The position numbers and the translations under genes are program-made. Of a DNA stretch of 64,000 bases, positions 32,457-39,673 are shown piece after piece. Below the pieces are notes generated by a model. The model did not search any database and was not told where the DNA came from. It saw only the letters and a program-made list of their open reading frames with translations. The DNA lies in the IMG/VR virus record IMGVR_UViG_3300021400_000126, positions 32,001 to 96,000 of that record; one strand, given 5' to 3'. Within the stretch, counting starts at the first letter, position 1. Each line of letters begins with the position of its first letter. The DNA is from a virus (Duplodnaviria > Caudoviricetes).

Positions 32457-32538
32457 GCGGCTATGGTGGAACTGGTTTACACGCAGGACTTAAAATCCTG
32501 TGATTTAATTCATGTGAGTTCGAATCTCACTAGCCGCA
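32457..32538 (+). tRNA. tRNA-Leu(TAA)
   Basis: cloverleaf, long variable arm. Confidence 0.9.
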
Positions 32539-32544
32539 TAATTT

Positions 32545-33075
32545 GGACTGTTGGCTTAATGGTGAAAGCAACTGGCTCATCTCTGGAAAGACTTATTTTT
32601 TAATAAAATGAATACAAATTTAATAGGAACAATTACAGAATTGAAATGTCAATTATATCTTTTAAATTTAGGATATACAATATCTGTTCCAGTTAATCCT
32701 GACAGATACGATTTAATTTTAGATACAGGAAAATAGTTATTAAAAATCCAAATAAAAACTTGCAACAATAATAAAGAAGGAGTTTTAACTTTTTCAACTT
32801 GTTCTTCTCATTATGTTCAAGGTAAACACGTTCACTCTTCCTATAAAAAGGATAATATTGATTATTTTATGACTTGTTGGGAGTAGAATTATTATTTAAT
32901 TCCTGTAGAAGAATGTGGTAAAAGAGAAAAAGTTTTAAGAATTTTACCAACTAAAAATGGTCAAATAAAAAATATATGTTTTGCTAAAGATTATATTGTT
33001 TAGGAGGTTCTGAAAAAAAGATAAGTAAGACGGAGATGAACCAGCAGATTCGGGGTTCAAATCCCTGACAGTCCA
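32545..33075 (+). tRNA. tRNA(CAT), probably Ile2, interrupted after the anticodon (exons 32545-32580 and 33039-33075)
   Basis: GGACTGT/ACAGTCC acceptor; joined halves give CTGG-CTCATAA-CCAG. Confidence 0.85.
32608..33024 (+). CDS. PD-(D/E)XK homing-type endonuclease inside the tRNA(CAT) insert (138 aa, TAG read-through)
   Basis: G.ITE, RYDLI, KIQIKT, Y....IDYF motifs of the I-Ssp6803I/PDDEXK_5 type. Confidence 0.85.
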
Positions 33076-33086
33076 GTTAAATATTT

Positions 33087-33160
33087 GGCCTGGTGGCTCA
33101 GCTGAGTAGAGCACTGCCCTGTCACGGCGGAGGTCGTGGGTTCGAATCCCATCCAGGTCG
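33087..33160 (+). tRNA. tRNA-Asp(GTC)
   Basis: cloverleaf. Confidence 0.9.
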
Positions 33161-33164
33161 TTAT

Positions 33165-33236
33165 GGCAATGTAGTTCAGTGGTAGAACGCCTGACTGTTA
33201 ATCAGGATGTCGAAGGTTCAATCCCTTCCGTTGCCG
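33165..33236 (+). tRNA. tRNA-Asn(GTT)
   Basis: cloverleaf. Confidence 0.9.
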
Positions 33237-33241
33237 TTTGT

Positions 33242-33312
33242 GGGCGGTTCGCTCAGTGGTTGAGCAGAGGACCTTTAATCCTCCTAGATGGGTTCGATTC
33301 CCATACCGCCCT
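33242..33312 (+). tRNA. tRNA-Lys(TTT) with atypical C33
   Basis: GAGGA-CCTTTAA-TCCTC anticodon arm. Confidence 0.75.
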
Positions 33313-33361
33313 TTATAACAAAATTTGATTTTTTTAAAAATTTTTGTTATAATATAAATAT

Positions 33362-33445
33362 AAGACAGTTACAGCAAAAATGATGGGTTATCAAGAAAAT
33401 TTTATATTAACAATTATATTAACTATTAATGATTTATACTGTCTT
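33362..33445 (+). ncRNA. ACAGCAA-motif RNA copy 2
   Basis: AAGACAGT/ACTGTCTT stem plus TACAGCAA, directly after a TTGATT/TATAAT promoter. Confidence 0.65.
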
Positions 33446-33460
33446 GAAAATTTAATAAGG

Positions 33461-33639
33461 TATATAATAATAACAATGGTGACTGAATTTAATAGTGTAC
33501 ATAAACATTCAGAGAGTCCACCACACTGCGGCGATCGGGAGAGTGAGATCATAGCAGACTACCTACTGGAGTCATGACCAGGGAATTCAGGCTATAGAGG
33601 AAAGGGAGCCTAAAAAATGGACGAAGTTATTATTATATA
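33461..33639 (+). ncRNA. putative structured RNA B
   Basis: perfect 14-bp terminal inverted repeat, several internal hairpins, GTCCA/TGGAC pairing. Confidence 0.55.
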
Positions 33640-33805
33640 AATATGTTGAAATGTGCGGCTAAGCATTGGGAAATACATTGCCTGGAATGCAATCAACACA
33701 CTCGGACAGGTAGAGCACATACATTTAGCGAGAAAAACTTTTAATTAAAACCTTGTGAGTTGTATAGGTTGATGACATTACGATGACATCAAAAAACTCT
33801 CTTTT

Positions 33806-33882
33806 CGCCCGCTAGTCTATACTGGTATTGAGGACAGCGGTCTCTAAAACCGCGGAGCTGGGTTCGATTCCCAGGCGGGTGA
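33806..33882 (+). tRNA. amber suppressor tRNA (anticodon CTA)
   Basis: CGCCCGC/GCGGGTG acceptor; GCGGT-CT-CTA-AA-ACCGC anticodon arm; CTGGG-TTCGATT-CCCAG T arm. Confidence 0.93.
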
Positions 33883-34123
33883 TTAAGGGTGTGCGGCCAC
33901 CCTTTAAGACGTCGTCAGGCTAGAGGATCCTGGATACACTTTCTTTTGAAAGACAAGTAACTCACCCACTAATCAGGGTGGTGATTAGTCAGCGGTTTGG
34001 TAATCACGCGGCCCCAGCCAAAGGGTAGCTAAAATAAGAGGTGGTTGATACGCCTAAGTATCCTAGAAAAGGTGCACATTTTCTAGTATTAAATGCGGTT
34101 ATATAATATCAAAACCGCATTTT

Positions 34124-35019
34124 GCTCCTTTAGTTTAATGGTAAAACAATAGATTTGTTCACCCAATTAAAAATAATTGGAAAAGAAAGATAAATATCAT
34201 GTTAGAAACAAAGCAAAAAGGTATTATAACTTAGCTTCAATGTTTAACAGCCTTTAATGAATTAGGTTTAAAAACTTCTATTCCATATGGAGAGAATTCA
34301 AGATATGATTTTATTGTAGACATAAATGGAAAATTACTTAGAGTACAAGCAAAAACAGCTTCTGGTATTTTAAATGAAAACAATGAATTAGCAGGAATTC
34401 GTTTTTCTTGTAGGTCAACTAGAGTATCTGCACAAGGTAATTTTTATAGAAAATACAATAAAGATGAAATTGATTATTTTTGTACTTTTTGGAATAATAC
34501 TTGCTATGTTGTTCCTGTTGAAGAATGTAGTAATGAAAAAACCTTAAGATTTATGTATCCATCCAATGGACAAAAAAATACAATTTCATTAGCAGAAAAT
34601 TATACTATTGAAAAACAATGGAAAAAATATCTACCTGAAAATAGTGAATTTGAAAAACTTAGAGATAATTTAAATATTATTTTATATGGAAATAATAGTT
34701 AGAATAAATGTAAAAAATGTGGAAAACCTATCTCTAAAACTGCAGAGTTATGTATATCATGTGCAGCATAGAAGCAACATATTGTAAAAGATAGACCTTC
34801 AAGGTAGGAATTAAAAGAAATGATTAGAATCCTTCCTTTTACACAAATTGCAGATAAATATCATATTACTGATAATGCAGTTAGAAAATGGTGTGATACA
34901 TAGAATTTACCAAGAACAAAATCAGAAATTAAATCAATTTCTGATGAAGATTGGATAAATATTTAATTTAACATGGGTGAACAAATCTATTGATCTCAGT
35001 TCAATTCTGGGCGGGAGCT
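34124..35019 (+). tRNA. tRNA-Thr(TGT), interrupted after the anticodon (exons 34124-34158 and 34984-35019)
   Basis: GCTCCT/GGGAGC acceptor; joined halves give ATAGA-TTTGTAA-TCTAT. Confidence 0.8.
34199..34966 (+). CDS. PD-(D/E)XK endonuclease with C-terminal Zn finger and HTH, inside the tRNA-Thr insert (255 aa, TAG read-through)
   Basis: KG.IT*, PYGENSRYDFI, RVQAKT, IDYF; CKKCG..LCISC; IADKYHITDNAVRKW. Confidence 0.85.
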
Positions 35020-35020
35020 T

Positions 35021-35095
35021 TGCGGGTGAGTGAAACGGAATATCACCGCTGGTCTCATAAGCCAGAGATAATGGGTTCGACTCCCATACCCGCAA
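35021..35095 (+). tRNA. tRNA-Met(CAT), initiator-like
   Basis: TGCGGGT/ACCCGCA acceptor, CT-CAT-AA loop. Confidence 0.8.
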
Positions 35096-35120
35096 TTATC
35101 TCATTTAAAAGGAGGAGAAC

Positions 35121-35675
35121 ATGGCAAAAGTTAATTTATCGCCGCCATGGGTGGAGTATTATAAAGAAGTTAGTGAGTTTTTTAGAGATGATTAGGAAAT
35201 CGGCGTTCTTTATGACGAAAATAAGAATGAATTAAAGATTTATGTAGACAATCCTGATAGAGCGGTTGCTCTTGCAGAATTATTCCCATTAGAAAAGAAT
35301 TTTGGAAATGTTAAATTATACATCTCTATAATTCCATCTAATAAAAAAGTAAATAACAATAAACTAAAAGTAGCTTATCCATCAACTGTTGCAGCTGCAT
35401 TAGCTAACTGCCCCGCGGTAGATAGTATTAGAGAAGTAAAAACATTTTTTGATATAGATTTAATATATGTTTTATTTAAAAATAAAGTAGTTCAATATTT
35501 CATAGATAATATTGGTGATTATAATGGAATGAAATCTACTTTATATGAAGACATTGCTAGAAATATATTTGAAGATGTAGATGGTGTATTTTTTTGCACC
35601 GCTTTACCTGATAATTTATCTTCATATACAATAAAAATGCCAGAAAATAGCATCACTTATTGTGGTTGTCAGTAA
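35121..35675 (+). CDS. hypothetical phage protein (LSPPW...D..G..STLYEDIA), with an in-frame TAG
   Basis: AGGAGG RBS; continuous frame with TAG read-through. Confidence 0.75.
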
Positions 35676-35713
35676 ATGAGATGTAAAATAAGTACCAGCT
35701 ATGCTGGTGCTTC

Positions 35714-35798
35714 GGAGAGATGTCCGAGTGGCTTATGGAGCTGGTCTTGAAAATCAGAGTACTGAAAGGTACCGCAGGTTCAAATCCTGCTCTCTCCG
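35714..35798 (+). tRNA. tRNA-Ser(TGA)
   Basis: cloverleaf, long variable arm. Confidence 0.9.
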
Positions 35799-35802
35799 TT
35801 TT

Positions 35803-36080
35803 GGGGTTGTAATGGTTTCGACGGGGATTTGAAAACCACAAACTCGTTCGAGTGATTTCGTTATCAATCAAACTTAAATATAAACGCTGATAATTATACA
35901 TATCAGATGGCTGCCTGAGTTTGCAGTCACCAAAAGACTATGAGATATTGCTGGTAATAGTTGAGGTTCAAAAACAAGCATATTAAAATTTTAAAACTTA
36001 AAAATAGCACATTCTTAAACAACGTAAAGGTTTGCGGTAAGTAGGGTTTTCGGACAGCGGTTCGATTCCGCTCAGCTCCA
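35803..36080 (+). ncRNA. ssrA: tmRNA, tag (A)ADNYTYQMAA
   Basis: 5' GGGGTTGTAATGGTTTCGAC; 3' GGACAGCGGTTCGATTCCGCTCAGCTCCA; tag ORF from 35886 ending in AA then TGA. Confidence 0.9.
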
Positions 36081-36128
36081 TTTAAAAATTTTTTGATTTT
36101 TTATAAAAATTATTTTATAATATATTAT

Positions 36129-36190
36129 AAGGCAATAACAGCAATATTTATGTTATTCCTAAACTGCAAATTTGGGTTAAAAATTGCCTT
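36129..36190 (+). ncRNA. ACAGCAA-motif RNA copy 3, with a Cys-anticodon-like stem-loop
   Basis: AAGGCAAT/ATTGCCTT stem; CCTAAA-CTGCAAA-TTTGGG. Confidence 0.65.
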
Positions 36191-36197
36191 GATATTA

Positions 36198-36230
36198 TGC
36201 CCAGTCGCTAAGCGGTAAGGCACAATAATT
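36198..36230 (+). pseudogene. 5' fragment of a canonical tRNA-Gln
   Basis: TGCCCAGTCGCTAAGCGGTAAGGCAC. Confidence 0.55.
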
Positions 36231-36233
36231 TTT

Positions 36234-36304
36234 AGGGGATTATCACAACAGTAGTGAGCATGGCTTTGACCCATGATACGTAGGGGCAGCACCTACATCC
36301 CCTG
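36234..36304 (+). tRNA. atypical tRNA-Gln(TTG)
   Basis: all four stems pair; D loop lacks GG; T loop is GGCAGCA. Confidence 0.7.
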
Positions 36305-36319
36305 TTCAGAGGAGAAAAA

Positions 36320-36722
36320 ATGGAAACAAAAAAAATGTAGTAAATGTGGAAAAGAATTACCATTATCATCTTTTCCTTGGAGAGATAAAAATAAAGGTAC
36401 TTATAGAGCTGATTGTAAAGAATGTCATTCTAATTATATGAAATAGCAATATCGGCAGAAAAGACAAAAAATTCAAAATTTAAAATCTAACTTAACTTGT
36501 GCTAAATGTGGAGATAAAAGAGGTTATGTTTTAGATTTTCATCATATAAACCCAAAAGAAAAATAGGAAACTGTATCCAGGTTGACGAGCAATACTTCAA
36601 GTTTATAGAAAATATATAATGAAATTAAAAAATGTATTGTTCTATGTGCTAATTGTCATAGAGAATTTCATTATTTATAGAAACAAAAAGAAAATTTTAC
36701 TTTAAAAGATTATTTGTCTTGA
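36320..36722 (+). CDS. HNH endonuclease (TAG read-through; +1 frameshift in the A8 run near the start)
   Basis: CSKCG, CKEC, CAKCG, LDFHH, LCANCHREFH. Confidence 0.75.
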
Positions 36723-36758
36723 CTCATACATTCACTGGTTCGAACCCAGCTACCCCAG
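36719..36758 (+). pseudogene. 3' fragment of a canonical tRNA-Gln(TTG)
   Basis: TTGAC...CTGGTTCGAACCCAGCTACCCCAG. Confidence 0.6.
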
Positions 36759-36823
36759 TTTTTATAAAAGATAAAATTTGAAAAATTAAAAAATTTTTAT
36801 TATAATATTTATATAAAATAAGA

Positions 36824-36884
36824 TAGACACATACAGCAATTAATAATTAGGATCAAGGTAGAAAAACAATAAATTAAGTGTCTA
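36824..36884 (+). ncRNA. ACAGCAA-motif RNA copy 4, in the leader of the DUF2828 operon
   Basis: TAGACAC/GTGTCTA stem plus ATACAGCAA, after a promoter. Confidence 0.6.
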
Positions 36885-36999
36885 GTTTAAAAATTTTAAG
36901 ATTAGTTTTTGGAAGTTATTAAACATTACTTCACTCCCTTTCTTTTGTTTTTAGGCTAGGTATGTATTTATACCTAGCCTATTTTTTTGGAGGAAAAAT

Positions 37000-37362
37000 A
37001 TGCTTTATGTAATTTATGCTTATGATGATAAATATGGTGGTTATCATGGAATGTCAGATTGGTCTATTTGGGATTGTAGAAATGAAGAAGAAGCAATTTC
37101 AATAGCACAAGAAAATTCCATGGATGTAATAAATTCTTTTAGTGCCATTTATGATGAGTTAGAAAATGACATAGAATATTATACAGACGAATCTATGTCT
37201 GAAAGTGATATTGAGCAACTTCGATATAATATTTATCAAGAAGATATCGCTTATGATATTTGGAAAATTGATTCAGATATAACAAAAGAATTTGATATTT
37301 GGACTCTTGAAAAAATGTTAAATGATAACCCCGAAGATTTCATTAAAAAATATTGTAATTAA
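37000..37362 (+). CDS. acidic hypothetical protein
   Basis: GGAGG RBS. Confidence 0.7.
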   Translation: MLYVIYAYDDKYGGYHGMSDWSIWDCRNEEEAISIAQENSMDVINSFSAIYDELENDIEYYTDESMSESDIEQLRYNIYQEDIAYDIWKIDSDITKEFDIWTLEKMLNDNPEDFIKKYCN

Positions 37363-37378
37363 TAAGGAGATTTTACAT

Positions 37379-38911
37379 ATGAATACTTTTTTAAATGAAA
37401 TGAAAAATAATGCAAATTTTGATTATACAGAAAATGGTGGATTAACAAGAAAAACAACTAAATCCAAAGTATTAGATATGTTTGGAATGGGCGGAGCTTA
37501 TAGAGAGCGTTCAGATAGCGATGTCATTTTACTATTCAAAGAAGCATTTGAAGAAGATGCTTTATTGGCTATGAAATGTCTTTTTTATCTTCGTGACATT
37601 CGCGGAGGCCAGGGAGAAAGACGTTTCTTTAGAGTAGCTTTTAGATGGTTATGTAATATCCATCCCGAAGTTGCAAAGAAAAATCTTATCAATGTTAGTG
37701 AATATGGACGTTGGGATGATTTAATTTATACAACAGTAGGAACTAAATGTCAAATAGATGCATTTAATATTATTAAGCACCAGTTAGCTCTTGATATTAA
37801 ATGCAATACTCCTTCTTTACTTGCTAAATGGATGCCTTCTCAAAATGCTTCCAATGAATATACAAAAAAATTAGGCTATATATTAGCTAATTTTCTTGGT
37901 ATGACGAGTAGAGAATATCGTAAAACTTTATCTGTTTTACGAGAAAGAATTAATGTCCTTGAGCGATTAATGAGCGCGAATCGTTGGAATGAAATCAAAT
38001 TTGATAAAATTCCTTCTAAGGCGGGCCTCATATATAAAAATGCTTTCGCTCGCCGCGACATTCTCGCCAAGAGATATGAAGCATTTGCCAAAAGTGATAA
38101 GACTAAAGTAAATGCAGAAGCTCTTTATCCTCACGACATTGCTCATATGGCTTTGAGAGGAGTACAGTGTAAAGACATCGAAGACCCCGAACGTCTCATG
38201 CTTCAAAAGTACTGGGATAATTTAAAAGATTTTTATAATGGAAGAGAAGAAAATGGACTTGCTATAGTTGATGTATCTGGCTCAATGTACGGAACCCCCA
38301 TGGAAGCCGCAATTTCTATGGGAGCATATATTGCAGATAAAGCACATGGACCTTTTGCAAATCATTTTATTACTTTTTCCGCTCATCCTAAATTAGTAGA
38401 ATTCAAAGGCATTGATATTGTTGATAAATTCAATCGTTGTATTAATGCGGACTGGGGGATGAACACTAATATTCAAGCGGTATTTGATATGTTATTAGAT
38501 ACTGCAAAAAAGAAAAGGGTAAGACCAGAAGATATGCCGACTCGACTTTATATTTTTTCTGATATGGAATTTGATAGGTGTGTATTTTTTGATAATAGCT
38601 CTTTTAAATCATCCCAAGATATTTGGGGAGGATGGTCAAGAAGGAATAGTGTTAGTTCTATAGAGGAAATAAATTCCAATCTTGAACGCATCAAACAGAA
38701 TTGGGAAGCCGCAGGATACAAAATACCTTCAATTATCTTTTGGAATTTAGATGCTCGTCATAATCATATTCCCGCTATTGGTGAAGGATTTAGTTATGTA
38801 AGCGGATTTTCCCCCAGTATGATTGATTGTATTTTAGGAGGTAAAGATGGTTATGATTTGATGATTGCTAAACTAGTTGAGTCTGGAAGGTATGATAAAA
38901 TTGTAATTTAA
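37379..38911 (+). CDS. DUF2828-type helical + vWA protein (TROVE/Ro60-like architecture)
   Basis: TENG, RDIRGGQGERR, YGRWDDL, AKWMP, MIDAS DVSGSM, TN, FSDMEFD, FWNL, VSGFS. Confidence 0.85.
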   Translation: MNTFLNEMKNNANFDYTENGGLTRKTTKSKVLDMFGMGGAYRERSDSDVILLFKEAFEEDALLAMKCLFYLRDIRGGQGERRFFRVAFRWLCNIHPEVAKKNLINVSEYGRWDDLIYTTVGTKCQIDAFNIIKHQLALDIKCNTPSLLAKWMPSQNASNEYTKKLGYILANFLGMTSREYRKTLSVLRERINVLERLMSANRWNEIKFDKIPSKAGLIYKNAFARRDILAKRYEAFAKSDKTKVNAEALYPHDIAHMALRGVQCKDIEDPERLMLQKYWDNLKDFYNGREENGLAIVDVSGSMYGTPMEAAISMGAYIADKAHGPFANHFITFSAHPKLVEFKGIDIVDKFNRCINADWGMNTNIQAVFDMLLDTAKKKRVRPEDMPTRLYIFSDMEFDRCVFFDNSSFKSSQDIWGGWSRRNSVSSIEEINSNLERIKQNWEAAGYKIPSIIFWNLDARHNHIPAIGEGFSYVSGFSPSMIDCILGGKDGYDLMIAKLVESGRYDKIVI

Positions 38912-39176
38912 TATAAATATTGGAAAAGGAGATGTGTAAGCGTCTCCTTTTTTATTTATATATGCAAAATTTTTATAGAACCTGATTAAAAGATTAAAAA
39001 ATGGACGGCGCGCAGACACTCGCCTTTAGAAAATAAAAAGTGGTCTATGATTTTTTCTTTTTGATTTTTATAAAATAGTTTTTGGTCAAGAATAGATAAA
39101 TGAACTTTTAAAATTTTAAGATAGAGTGTAGGAAAAACAAACTACAATATTTATAGAAAAGGGAGACTTATACATC

Positions 39177-39644
39177 ATGTTAGCATTACTTCAAAACTAC
39201 TCCTTATCAGATATTTTTATATTTACAATTTTTTTAGCATTAGCTATAAAAAGTTTAATTTCTTTTTTTGACTGGTTTCAGGAATATTTTAAAAGAATTT
39301 TTAACAAAGAATATAATAAAATAAATGAAAAAGAGAGCTTAGAAAAAAGATTGCGTCAAGGAGACGAAACAATGGCTATGTTAAAAGCCAATCAAAAAGC
39401 TACAGATTAGATATTAAAAGATTTATCTAAAAAAATAGATGTATTAATAGATTCAGATAAAGATCATATTAAATCTTATATAACTAAATAGCATCATTAT
39501 TTTTGTTATTAGAGGGGATGGATTGATGATTTTAGTCTGGACTGTTTAGAAAAACGATATCAACATTATGCAAATGAAGGCGGCAATTCTTTTATAGAAG
39601 GATTTATGGAAGAATTAAGAGCCTTACCAAAACAACCTAAATAA
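39177..39644 (+). CDS. putative holin/membrane protein (155 aa, TAG read-through)
   Basis: N-terminal TM helix, coiled coil, Y...GGN C-terminal motif; first gene of the late block. Confidence 0.65.
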
Positions 39645-39673
39645 ATATATTAGAGATACAAGGAGATATTAAA

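Noticed and set aside
33461-33639. RNase P or 6S RNA
   Set aside because: Only a weak GAGAGTCC resemblance to RNase P; branched hairpins rather than a 6S-like rod.
33883-34040. Theta (HDV-like) ribozyme after the suppressor tRNA
   Set aside because: I could not fit P1/P2/P3 by eye; a motif search is needed.
32581-34983. tRNA inserts as group I introns
   Set aside because: Only about 40-60 nt of non-coding insert, no P3-P7 core, and the second insert does not end in G.
32302-35901. Track ORFs 32302, 32352, 33380, 34990 and 35653
   Set aside because: They overlap tRNA, tmRNA or ncRNA genes and lack RBS or recognisable motifs.
672-38206. Antisense ORFs over well-supported genes (e.g. 5981, 7465, 11011, 12494, 16353, 29013, 31321, 37876)
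   Set aside because: Shadow frames of plus-strand genes that have promoters and RBS.
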